Assembly (NCBI GenBank): GCA_035711805.1
Contig: DASTBV010000113.1
Location: 348-64,347 of the forward strand
DNA length: 64,000 nucleotides
Direction of reading: 5' to 3'
From: Vicinamibacterales bacterium
GTDB taxonomy: Bacteria; Acidobacteriota; Vicinamibacteria; Vicinamibacterales; UBA2999
Positions 9,548 through 17,752 of the stretch are shown one piece after another. The notes beneath the pieces are model-generated. The model saw only the letters and a list, made by a program, of their open reading frames with translations. It had not been told where the DNA came from and did not search any database. The position numbers and the translations under genes are program-made. Positions within the stretch are counted from its first letter, which is position 1, and each line of letters starts with the position of its first letter.

Positions 9548-9957
9548 AACCGGGTTTCGCGGCCCGCGTGTTGTCGGTCGTTCGCAGGATTCCGGCGGGG
9601 CGGGTGACGACCTACGGCGACGTCGCGCGGCTGGCGGGCGCTCCGCGGGCAGCCCGGGCGGTCGGCACGGTGATGCGCAAGTGCCGGGACCCGAAGGTTC
9701 CCTGTCACCGCGTCATCGCTGCCGGGGGCGGACTTGGCGGATATGGCGCATTTCTGCACGTCAAACGCGACCGTTTGCGGGCGGAAGGGCTGGACGTGGG
9801 ACAAACCCGAGTGCGGAGGTTTGCCGACGTCCGCTGGCCTGCCCCGAGCACGGTCGAGGGGCCTGCCCCAAGCACGGTCGAGGGGCCTGCCCCGAGCCCG
9901 GTCGAGGGGGGCGGCAACCCCAGTTCCCCACGCCGCCGTCTAACCATTCAGACGTGA
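9544..9957 (+). CDS. short MGMT-family protein (alkyltransferase DNA-binding domain only, Cys retained) with a repeat-encoded tail
   Basis: ATG 9544 overlaps the upstream TGA. RIPAGRVTTYGDVA..PCHRVI is the O6-alkylguanine-DNA alkyltransferase helix-turn-wing/active-site block. No N-terminal Ogt/Ada domain. The tail is PAPSTVEG x3. Confidence 0.7.
   Translation: MKPGFAARVLSVVRRIPAGRVTTYGDVARLAGAPRAARAVGTVMRKCRDPKVPCHRVIAAGGGLGGYGAFLHVKRDRLRAEGLDVGQTRVRRFADVRWPAPSTVEGPAPSTVEGPAPSPVEGGGNPSSPRRRLTIQT
9837..9908. repeat. 3 x 24-bp tandem repeat inside the MGMT-like CDS
   Basis: GCCTGCCCCGAGCACGGTCGAGGG / GCCTGCCCCAAGCACGGTCGAGGG / GCCTGCCCCGAGCCCGGTCGAGGG at 9837, 9861 and 9885. Confidence 0.9.
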
Positions 9958-10565
9958 GAGGCGCCGCCACCCCGTCGTCGCCCGCGGCCGATCTCGAGCT
10001 GGCACAGCGATGCGGGCGAGGCGATCCGGACGCGTTCGAACAGCTGTATCGTGCGCATGCCGGTCGGCTGTATACGCTGATTGTGCGGATGGTGGCTTCG
10101 GCGGAAACGGCGGAAGATCTGCTGCAGGAAGTGTTTTTGACGGCCTACCGGAAAGTCGGCAACTTCCGCGGCGATTCCAGCCTGGGCACCTGGTTGTATC
10201 GGATGGCCGTGAATCACTGCCTCGATTATCTGCGCGGACGGCAAAGCAAGATGGCCAGAACAACTGACTCGATCGACGAGGACGGCATGGTTGAGCCGGC
10301 GGCGGTTGCGCCGCTCGTGGCGTCTGCCATCAGCCGCCTCGATCTCGAGCGGGCCATCGAGCGGCTGCCCGACGGCTGCCGGACGGCGTTCGTGCTGCAC
10401 GACGTCGAGGGGTTCCAGCATCATGAGATCGCGACGATGCTCGGCATTTCGGAGGGTACGTCGAAGTCGCAGGTGCACAAGGCGCGCATGAAGCTGCGCG
10501 CCTTTCTGAAGGGCGCCATGTCGGCGCCTCCGCGCGCGTTGAGCGCCCAGGCTGGACGCGTATGA
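9954..10565 (+). CDS. ECF (sigma-70 family group 4) RNA polymerase sigma factor
   Basis: Track ORF 9681..10565 trimmed to in-frame GTG 9954, which overlaps the MGMT stop (GTGA). Region 2 is DLLQEVFLTAYRK..GTWLYRMAVNHCLDYLR. Region 4 is FVLHDVEGFQHHEIATMLGISEGTSKSQVHKARMKLR. Confidence 0.8.
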   Translation: MRGAATPSSPAADLELAQRCGRGDPDAFEQLYRAHAGRLYTLIVRMVASAETAEDLLQEVFLTAYRKVGNFRGDSSLGTWLYRMAVNHCLDYLRGRQSKMARTTDSIDEDGMVEPAAVAPLVASAISRLDLERAIERLPDGCRTAFVLHDVEGFQHHEIATMLGISEGTSKSQVHKARMKLRAFLKGAMSAPPRALSAQAGRV

Positions 10566-11257
10566 ACTGCAGCACCTGCCAACCGCTGCTGAGCGCATAT
10601 GTCGACGAAGCGATGCGCGCTGAGGAGTACGCCGCCGTCGACGAACATCTTCGCGGCTGCGCGGCATGCCGGGTCGTCGCGCAGGATCTGGCGTCGATCC
10701 GCGTCGCCGCCGGTTCGCTCGAGCCGCTGATACCGCCTGCGCACGTCTGGCATCGGATCGCCGCGGCGGCGGAAACACAGACACGAGCGAGCGGCTTCCA
10801 CGCGGGTTGGTTCGCCTGGCGGCCGTTGGCAGCGGTGGCGATGACCGCCGTGCTCGCAGCGGGCCTGTGGCGGGTCGGAACACTTCTACAGCCGGCCGGC
10901 GACAGCGATTCGACGCCGCAGATCGCTGACGTCGTCCCGGCCGCCGAGTCGGACCCCGAAGCGCATTACACCCTCGCCATCGCGCGCCTCGAGGAAGTGA
11001 CCACCGCCGATCAGGATGTGCTCGATCACGAAACCGCCGGCGCCATCAACGCCGGCCTGACGGTGATCGACGAAGCGATCACCGAGAGTCGCGCCGCCCT
11101 GCGCACCGAGCCGCAGAGCGAGTCGGCACAAGAGAGCCTGTTTGCCGCGCTGCGCCGGAAGGTTGCGCTGCTGCAGGAGATGCTGGCGTTGATCAACGAG
11201 ATGCGGAAAGGGAACCAGGAGGGAGCCGCCCGCATCCTCTCGGAGATAAATCGATGA
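10562..11257 (+). CDS. anti-sigma factor (zf-HC2 type, single TM)
   Basis: ATGA overlap with the sigma gene. MNCSTCQPLLSAYVDE..HLRGCAACR is the zf-HC2 motif. Central hydrophobic segment WRPLAAVAMTAVLAAGLW. Confidence 0.75.
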   Translation: MNCSTCQPLLSAYVDEAMRAEEYAAVDEHLRGCAACRVVAQDLASIRVAAGSLEPLIPPAHVWHRIAAAAETQTRASGFHAGWFAWRPLAAVAMTAVLAAGLWRVGTLLQPAGDSDSTPQIADVVPAAESDPEAHYTLAIARLEEVTTADQDVLDHETAGAINAGLTVIDEAITESRAALRTEPQSESAQESLFAALRRKVALLQEMLALINEMRKGNQEGAARILSEINR

Positions 11258-12231
11258 ATGGGACGGCCCGGAGGGTCGCGGTCTTCCTGACGTGCGTGGC
11301 AATCGCGTCGTCAGCGGCTGCGCAGGACACGAACCGGAATCAGGATACGAACACAAACGTCGAACGGGGGCGGGCAAAGACCGAAGCCGCGAGGCGCGCC
11401 GCACAGGCGAAGGCTGAATCCGCGCAGCGCCGGAGTGCGGCACGGGGCCGCGGCCAGGCCGATATCAGCGAGGCCTTCTCCCAGACGGTACGGCTGGTTC
11501 CCGGCGGTACGTTGGACCTGTTGAGCGGCACCGGCGACGTCACCGTCAGTGGCGGCGGCGGCCAGGAAGCGCGAATCGAGGCGATCAAACGCGTGCGCGA
11601 CACCGTCGCCGGGCGGGCCCGCACGGCCATCAACGAGGTCCGGATTGACGTCGCCGAACGCGGCGGCAACGTCGAGGTACGCACAATTCAGCCACGCGGC
11701 CCATCCCGCGTCACGGTCGAGTACCGGATCAGGGTGCCGGACAACACCAATCTGATTCTGCGCTCGACATCCGGCAACCTTCACGTACAGAACATGGCCG
11801 GCGACGAATTGAGCGCCAACACGATCAGCGGCCGCATCACACTGCGCGACCTCACGAGCCGGATGCTCGACTTGCACTCCGTGATGGGCGACATGCTGCT
11901 GCACGACATCGAAGCGCGACGCGCGTTCGTGCAGTCGACGTCGGGAAACCTGGAGTACGCGGGCCGCCTGCTGCCGACCGGTCGGTATCAGCTGCAGACG
12001 CATCGCGGCAACATCCGCTTCGTGCCGTCCGGCGAGCCCGGCTTCGATCTCGAAGCCATGACCTACAGCGGCGATCTGCGAACCGACTTCGTGCTGAACA
12101 TGCCGGAGCCGCTGGCCAGGCGCCAGGGACGCCGGCCGTTGAAGATGCTGCGCGGCACGGTCGGCAACGCCGGCGCCCTGGTGACGGCGTCGACGTTCAG
12201 CGGAAATGTGGTGATCGTCAAGCCGGAATAA
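11254..12231 (+). CDS. DUF4097-like beta-strand repeat protein (putative adhesin fold), secreted
   Basis: ATGA overlap with the anti-sigma gene. Signal peptide, then repeated ..SGNLHVQNM..SGRITLRDL..SGNLEYAG..SGNVVIV strands. Sigma/anti-sigma/DUF4097 is a common triad. Confidence 0.6.
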   Translation: MNGTARRVAVFLTCVAIASSAAAQDTNRNQDTNTNVERGRAKTEAARRAAQAKAESAQRRSAARGRGQADISEAFSQTVRLVPGGTLDLLSGTGDVTVSGGGGQEARIEAIKRVRDTVAGRARTAINEVRIDVAERGGNVEVRTIQPRGPSRVTVEYRIRVPDNTNLILRSTSGNLHVQNMAGDELSANTISGRITLRDLTSRMLDLHSVMGDMLLHDIEARRAFVQSTSGNLEYAGRLLPTGRYQLQTHRGNIRFVPSGEPGFDLEAMTYSGDLRTDFVLNMPEPLARRQGRRPLKMLRGTVGNAGALVTASTFSGNVVIVKPE

Positions 12232-12251
12232 CCCCGACGGGTCCGACGTGG

Positions 12252-12271
12252 GGCGCCGCTCGAGCGGCGCC
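12252..12271. terminator. perfect 20-bp GC palindrome after the operon
   Basis: GGCGCCGCTC|GAGCGGCGCC, 21 nt after the DUF4097 stop. No U-tract. Confidence 0.35.
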
Positions 12272-12312
12272 TCCAGGTCAGGGCCGTTACGCTTCCCTGC
12301 TAACATCCCCGT

Positions 12313-13926
12313 ATGCTTCGACTGCTGACCGCCCTTGCGGCGGTCGTTCTCGTCACCGCCGCCGTGAGCGGCCAGCAGCCAATCCGCCTGGTCGTCATTG
12401 TCGTTCTGGATCAATTTCGTGCCGACTATCTGACGACCTTTGCCTCCCATTGGCGCGACGGCTTCCGCACGCTGCTCGCGGAGGGAGCGGTCTTCACGCG
12501 CGCGGCGTATCCCTACCTCCACACCGACACCTGCGCCGGCCATTTCACGATCAGCACGGGCGCGTTTCCGCGCACGCATGGGATGGTCTCGGACCTGTGG
12601 TGGGATCGCGACGCGCGACGATCGGTCGAGTGCACCGACGACGACCAGTCGTCGATCGTGACCTATGGACGTGCATCGAAGCTCGGCAAGAGCGCGCGGC
12701 GATCGCTCGTGCCGACGCTCGCCGACGAACTGCGCGGACAGAAGCCCGGCACGCGCGTGGTGACGCTGTCGATGAAGGCCCGGAGCGCCATCGGGCTCGC
12801 CGGGCGCGATGGTGACGCGGTCACCTGGTTCGAGGAGACCGCAGGCGTCGGCTCGTTCGTGACCTCGCGGGCCTTTGCGCCCGACACCGTTCCAGCCGTC
12901 CGCGCATTTCTGGCCCGCGAGTCGTTCGAGAACGACTTCGGAAAATCCTGGACGCTGCGCGATCCGCGCGACACGTACCGCAACCCCGACGCCGGCGTCG
13001 GCGAGCGTCCGCGGCAGCCGTGGACGGGACTCTTCCCCCATGAGATCAAAGGGGCTACGAACAGCCGCGATGACGCCGTGGCGCTGTGGAGGGCCAGCCC
13101 GTTCAGCGACGCGTATCTGGGGCGCATGGCTGCCGAGCTCGTCGACGCGTTCAAGCTCGGTTCGCGCGAGGCGACCGATTTTCTCGGCGTCGGCTTTTCG
13201 TCCAGCGACACGGTCGGTCACCCGTTCGGGCCGGCGAGCCGCGAGCTGGAGGACACCGTCGCGCGTCAGGACGACCTCCTCGGCGCGTTGATCAGACACC
13301 TCGACGCCAGGGTGGGGCGTCAGCGATATGTGCTCGCGCTGTCCTCGGATCACGGCGTGTCCGACGTTCCGGTCACCCGCGGCGCGAGCCGGGTTGCATC
13401 TGAGGATCTGCGGGAGCGTATCGAAGAGATCCTGAACAACCGGTTCGGCCCGCCGCCGGCGAATACACGCTACGTCGTCGCCGCGGGCGATTTCATCCGG
13501 TTTGCCGACGGGATCTTCGAGCGCGTTCGCGCCGATGCGGGATTGATGACGGCAATCGAAAAAGCGGTGATGACGATTCCAGGCGTCGAACGTGTGCTGC
13601 GAAAGGATCGATTATCGGATCGCTCGGCGGATCCAATCGTTCGCGCTGCCGCGCTGACGAACTTCGAAGGGCGCAGCGGCGATCTGATCGTCGTCGCCAA
13701 GCCGAACTGGCCGATCGGCGGACGCGCCGCGGCAGAAGCCGGATCGCATGGCGCGCCCTACGACTACGATCAGCGCGTCCCTGTCGTCCTGTTCGGTGCC
13801 GGCATCAAGCCGGGACGGTACGAGCAGCCGGCCACTCCGGCGGACATCGCACCTACGCTCGCGCGTGTCGCCGGCATCAAGATGGGAAAAGCCGAGGGCC
13901 GCGTCCTCGCCGAAGCTCTCAAGTAG
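12313..13926 (+). CDS. alkaline-phosphatase superfamily enzyme (type I phosphodiesterase / nucleotide pyrophosphatase-like)
   Basis: Signal peptide, metal-site-like blocks VVLDQFRADYL, DTCAGHFTISTG, SSDTVGHPFG and SSDHG. Confidence 0.7.
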   Translation: MLRLLTALAAVVLVTAAVSGQQPIRLVVIVVLDQFRADYLTTFASHWRDGFRTLLAEGAVFTRAAYPYLHTDTCAGHFTISTGAFPRTHGMVSDLWWDRDARRSVECTDDDQSSIVTYGRASKLGKSARRSLVPTLADELRGQKPGTRVVTLSMKARSAIGLAGRDGDAVTWFEETAGVGSFVTSRAFAPDTVPAVRAFLARESFENDFGKSWTLRDPRDTYRNPDAGVGERPRQPWTGLFPHEIKGATNSRDDAVALWRASPFSDAYLGRMAAELVDAFKLGSREATDFLGVGFSSSDTVGHPFGPASRELEDTVARQDDLLGALIRHLDARVGRQRYVLALSSDHGVSDVPVTRGASRVASEDLRERIEEILNNRFGPPPANTRYVVAAGDFIRFADGIFERVRADAGLMTAIEKAVMTIPGVERVLRKDRLSDRSADPIVRAAALTNFEGRSGDLIVVAKPNWPIGGRAAAEAGSHGAPYDYDQRVPVVLFGAGIKPGRYEQPATPADIAPTLARVAGIKMGKAEGRVLAEALK

Positions 13927-13931
13927 CCGGG

Positions 13932-13998
13932 GAGTCCGGCTTCAGCCGGATTGTTCGTAGTGTCCGCCTCCACGTAGTGTCCGCCTTCAGGCGGACCT
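13932..13998. repeat. REP-like hairpins (TCCGGC-ttca-GCCGGA; GTAGTGTCCGCC x2; GTCCGCC-ttca-GGCGGAC)
   Basis: Lies between the convergent AP-family gene and blaR1-like gene. The 3' unit TTCGTAGTGTCCGCC..TTCAGGCGGACC recurs at 16685-16711. Confidence 0.8.
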
Positions 13999-14010
13999 TA
14001 AAAGCGAAAG

Positions 14011-16299
14011 CTACTTCAGCGTGAAAGTCATCTCGATCTGCACGATGACCGGCACGGCTTCGCCCTTCAGCATCGCCGGCTTGAACTGCCACTGTTTCAC
14101 GGCGTCCAACGCCGCCTGATCCAGGAGAGGAATCGAGCGGGCGACACGTGCGTCCGCCACGTTGCCCCGTTCGTCGACAAGCGCTTCGAGCACGACGGTG
14201 CCGCTGACGCGCGCCTCCATGGCCACCAGCGGATGCTGGGGATCGACCTTTCTCGTCACTATCGGCATCTGCAGGCCTGGCGTATCGCTCCGAACGGGCG
14301 TCTTTCCGTTGAGCGACACGAGCGGCCGCTGGTTCGCCGCCTGCGCGGCTGAAGGGGCGATCAAGCCTCGTTCGGCAAGAGCCCGGACGCGAGCGTCACG
14401 CACGGCCCGTTCGGCCTCCTGCTCACGGGCGAGTTCCTCCGCAGCGCGGGACGCACGCAACGCTGCTTCCGCCTGCTCCCGCCGGGCGGCCGCCTCGGCG
14501 AGTTCGGAGGAGCGCGCACGCGCGTGGTTGCGCAGCAAGGACGCCAATTCGTCGTTCATGGCAGCAAGTTTCTCGCGATATCTCGCCAGGTCTTCGCTCC
14601 CAGGACCGCGCTCGAGACCCTGCCGCAGTGCCCGCTCCAGTTCACGCAACCCATTCCGTAACTCTTCAAGCTGCTGCCTCGTCGTGTCGGCCGAGGCTTG
14701 TTCCTCGATCGCCCGAAGCCCCCGCTCCAAGTCCCTTTGATTGACAATGGCAACGCGATCCGTTTCCTGTGCCAGCAATCGCAGACTCTCTTGCGTCTCG
14801 CGCACGTACCTCTCCCATTCCGAAGCGTCAACGGAGACGCCGACGAGCCCTTGTTGTACGAATGACGATGGCGATTGCACGACGGCCGCCTCGACTCCCG
14901 GACGGAACGTCATCGCGACGCTGAACTGGAGCGGCGCGCGAACGGGCCGCTCGTATCGCCACTGCCTGATGGCTGCGGCCGCTGCCTCGAAAAATGGACC
15001 GCACGCCGCGTCGCCGCGGCGAACGGAACATCCTTTGTCGAAAACATTCGTCACCGCGCCGTCGCGACCAATCCTGACCAACGTAGTGACGACAACCTCC
15101 ACCTGGCGCCCGGCGAATTGCGACGGCCACGCCGGCGAACCGCCGCGTGTGCGGCGTGGAATCGGATTTTCGGGGGTAACCTCGTTCGGCTCATCACGGT
15201 CGCCGGATGCCGCGCCCCCCTGACCCGCGGCAGCGACCGTAACGGATTGGGGTTCTGCGATGAGCCGGCCATCGTCGATCGGCGGTGCCCCGACCGCAGG
15301 CGGCTCGATGCGGCTCGCGATGAGGATCGGAAACGCGCTGCTCGCATACCAGCTGGAAGCGGAAACGCCGACGGCGAGCGCAACAACCGACATCACGATT
15401 CGTGGCGCAGACATCACCCTCTCCTTTGACACGCTCAAAATGCGGTGGAACAGCTGCCGGCGATGCGCAAAGGCCGACGCCGGCCGGAGCCCGCCGGTAT
15501 CGGCAAAGGCGAGCAGCGCCTGCATGTAGGCACGCCGGTCTCCTGTCGCCCGGACCGTCAGTTCGTCGACCATCTCTTCTCTGGCGAGCTGGATGCTCGA
15601 CGTCAGCCAGTGAATGGCCGGGTGGAACCAGAGCGCCGTTCGAACCGCTTCCTCTCCGAGCAGCGATAGCCAATCGCCGCGACGGACGTGAAACAGCTCA
15701 TGGGTGACAACCGCGCGGCGCAGCGGAGCGGGCGCAACCGCCAGCACGTCCGGCAGCAGCACCGTCGGACGCCGGAATCCAAACGTTACGGGCTGGGCCA
15801 GCCGATCGACCTCCGAGATGGTTGCCGACGTGCCGAGCTGTTCCTGGACCGTCGCGTACTCGGCCGACTCGATCGGTACGGCGCGCCGGGTCAACCGGCC
15901 AAGGCGGAAGAAGCCGATCGCGAGCCAGATCGCCCTGGCGGCCACGCCGGCGATCAGGGTGAAAATGCCGACGGTGGTCCAGGGCACATCAGGAACCAGC
16001 TGCGGCTGTCCGGTGGCGGTGGACGATGGCGTGGCCAGCGGCAGCCCGGTGGCGACTGGACCTGGCGTCGGGGAATTCACGGCTGGCCGTGGTGCGCCGT
16101 CCGGTGCGTGCGTGACAACGACCACTGACCGAAGCATCCATGGAACGACCAGACAGGCAAGCAGCGTCAGCCGCAGGCAGACGTAGCGGGCGCGGGCGGG
16201 AATCCGCACGACCTTCAGCAGTGCGGCGACGACGAGGACCACTATCGCGATCTGCACGGAAAACGCCGTCAGATCGCGGAAGAAGGAAGCTGCCGTCAT
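14011..16299 (-). CDS. BlaR1-like M56 peptidase signal transducer fused to a coiled coil and a C-terminal TonB domain
   Basis: N-terminal TM segments and the zinc motif HELFHVRRGDW. Long E/R/A-rich coiled coil. The C-terminus VDPQHP..EARVSGTVVLEALVDERGNV..LDQAALDAVKQWQFKPA is TonB_C. A weaker TonB_C-like block lies earlier (..AAAAAIRQWRYERP..). Confidence 0.8.
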   Translation of the reverse strand: MTAASFFRDLTAFSVQIAIVVLVVAALLKVVRIPARARYVCLRLTLLACLVVPWMLRSVVVVTHAPDGAPRPAVNSPTPGPVATGLPLATPSSTATGQPQLVPDVPWTTVGIFTLIAGVAARAIWLAIGFFRLGRLTRRAVPIESAEYATVQEQLGTSATISEVDRLAQPVTFGFRRPTVLLPDVLAVAPAPLRRAVVTHELFHVRRGDWLSLLGEEAVRTALWFHPAIHWLTSSIQLAREEMVDELTVRATGDRRAYMQALLAFADTGGLRPASAFAHRRQLFHRILSVSKERVMSAPRIVMSVVALAVGVSASSWYASSAFPILIASRIEPPAVGAPPIDDGRLIAEPQSVTVAAAGQGGAASGDRDEPNEVTPENPIPRRTRGGSPAWPSQFAGRQVEVVVTTLVRIGRDGAVTNVFDKGCSVRRGDAACGPFFEAAAAAIRQWRYERPVRAPLQFSVAMTFRPGVEAAVVQSPSSFVQQGLVGVSVDASEWERYVRETQESLRLLAQETDRVAIVNQRDLERGLRAIEEQASADTTRQQLEELRNGLRELERALRQGLERGPGSEDLARYREKLAAMNDELASLLRNHARARSSELAEAAARREQAEAALRASRAAEELAREQEAERAVRDARVRALAERGLIAPSAAQAANQRPLVSLNGKTPVRSDTPGLQMPIVTRKVDPQHPLVAMEARVSGTVVLEALVDERGNVADARVARSIPLLDQAALDAVKQWQFKPAMLKGEAVPVIVQIEMTFTLK

Positions 16300-16679
16300 T
16301 GCTCACCGTCCTTCTCGTCGAGCAGCTGCTTCACGAGACGCCGCTGCTTCGGCGTGAGCTTGTTGTCGCGGGCGAGGTGCACGAGCAGCGGGTCGGACGC
16401 GCCGTCGAACACGCGGTCGAGGAAGTCGCGGACCATGCCGCCGATGACCTGCTGGCGCGGCTTCGCCGGGCGATAGACATGCGCGCGGTCCTCGGTGGCC
16501 TTGGTCAGATATCCCTTCTCCTGCAGGATGCGCATCATCGTCATGACGGTGGTGTAGGCAATCGGCCGTGTCTCGCGCAGCGCCTCGTAGACGTCGCGGA
16601 CCGTTGCCTCGTCCTTGCGCCAGACGACCTTCATGATGGCCAGCTCCTGCGGGGTCAGCGTCGGGTGCGGTGTTCTCAT
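16296..16679 (-). CDS. BlaI/MecI/CopY-family transcriptional repressor
   Basis: 127 aa. LTPQELAIMKVVW..ATVRDVYEAL..IAYTTVMTMMRILQEKGYL is a winged helix. Stop overlaps the blaR1-like start. Confidence 0.85.
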   Translation of the reverse strand: MRTPHPTLTPQELAIMKVVWRKDEATVRDVYEALRETRPIAYTTVMTMMRILQEKGYLTKATEDRAHVYRPAKPRQQVIGGMVRDFLDRVFDGASDPLLVHLARDNKLTPKQRRLVKQLLDEKDGEQ

Positions 16680-16684
16680 GTCGA

Positions 16685-16711
16685 TTCGTAGTGTCCGCCT
16701 TCAGGCGGACC
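16685..16711. repeat. REP-like hairpin in the blaI leader, same word as 13974-13998
   Basis: TTCGTAGTGTCCGCC-ttca-GGCGGACC, beginning 6 nt upstream of the blaI ATG (stem 16692-16709). Confidence 0.8.
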
Positions 16712-16742
16712 TGCTTGTCTCCAATCCCCCTCAAAAACTAAA

Positions 16743-16758
16743 TACTAAGTAATTAGTA
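16743..16758. promoter_or_regulatory. candidate BlaI-family operator in an AT-rich island
   Basis: TACTAAGT|AATTAGTA (7/8 symmetric), inside the only AT-rich stretch of this spacer (..CAAAAACTAAATACTAAGTAATTAGTAGAT..), 64-79 nt upstream of blaI. Confidence 0.4.
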
Positions 16759-16795
16759 GATCCGTCGGGGCACTCTCGTCAAGCCCTATTCGCGG

Positions 16796-17662
16796 TCAGT
16801 TTTCGCTCGGACGCTCCAGGCGGTCGATCACGAGCACCTCCTGCTCCGCTTTCGACGCTTCGAGCTTCAGCCCAAGCTGCGCGGGCAGCGCGGAAAAAAC
16901 GGTTGGCAGACCAGTGGATGAAGGCGTGACGTCCGGGCCGCCACCCAGGAAGCGGTCGAACTCGACCTTCACCCGAAAGCTCCCCTTCAGGCCCGTCTTG
17001 TCGACAATCGGCCGGCCGGCGCTCGCCCGCAGCATGCGGGCAAGGGTCTCCATCGTCATGTCACCTTCCATGCCGGTGCCTACGCGGATGGAGCCGCACG
17101 TCGGCGGCGGAGCGTTGAAATCCGGAATCGTCGGACGAGCCGGTGGCGTTCCCGCTGCCGCAGCGGCTTCGGCAGCGGCGCGGTCGGCCGCGGCCTTGGC
17201 GACACAATCAATTTCAGAGGGCTTGATCCCGGGGCCAAGGCGTCCGTCGGTGCGGGCGAGCACCAGGTCGTAAACCGGCAGCTGCCGTTTCTCGACGTGC
17301 GTTGCGAGCTTGACGCGGTCGGCGAGCATCGCGCGCACCATCACGGCGCGCTCCTGCGGCGTGGCCGGGCGCCCGAGCGGCGATGTGGCGCTGACGTCGT
17401 AGCGCTCGCTGCGCGCCCATTCCGGCAGCCCGACCATGTCGACCGGCGCGATCAGCGGAAACTGCGCGCGCGCGACCAGCGTCATCATCGGAACATTGAG
17501 GAGCGTGAACCCGCCATCCGGCCGCTCGCTGCTGCCGTTGGACACGAGCGCGTTGGAGGTATTTCGTTTGATCGAGACCACCTCAAAGCGGGGGCCGTCC
17601 GCCGGCGTCTGCGCGAACGCGATGGCGGACATGCACACCAGCCACAGGCCAACAGCGCGCAT
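16796..17662 (-). CDS. TIGR03435-type soil-associated protein (Acidobacteria-expanded family), secreted
   Basis: Signal peptide, then PRFEVVSIKRN.., ending ..EVLVIDRLERPSEN, as I remember this family. Function unknown. Confidence 0.65.
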   Translation of the reverse strand: MRAVGLWLVCMSAIAFAQTPADGPRFEVVSIKRNTSNALVSNGSSERPDGGFTLLNVPMMTLVARAQFPLIAPVDMVGLPEWARSERYDVSATSPLGRPATPQERAVMVRAMLADRVKLATHVEKRQLPVYDLVLARTDGRLGPGIKPSEIDCVAKAAADRAAAEAAAAAGTPPARPTIPDFNAPPPTCGSIRVGTGMEGDMTMETLARMLRASAGRPIVDKTGLKGSFRVKVEFDRFLGGGPDVTPSSTGLPTVFSALPAQLGLKLEASKAEQEVLVIDRLERPSEN

Positions 17663-17676
17663 GCGTCCCTCCAGCG

Positions 17677-17750
17677 ACCTCTTGAACCTCTTGAACCTCT
17701 TGAACCTCTTGAACCTCTTGAACCTTTTGAACCCTTGAACCCCTTGAACC
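17677..17750. repeat. 9-bp tandem array (CTTGAACCT x5 perfect, then about 3 degenerate units)
   Basis: Read directly. Fills the spacer between the rng stop (17753) and the TIGR03435 start (17662). On the mRNA strand it reads (AAGAGGTTC)n. Confidence 0.9.
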
Positions 17751-17752
17751 TT

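Noticed and set aside
14011-16679. The BlaR1/BlaI pair as a beta-lactam resistance locus.
   Set aside because: No beta-lactamase or low-affinity PBP is adjacent. The sensor lacks a penicillin-binding domain and instead ends in a TonB_C domain. Such fusions appear to be generic signal transducers.
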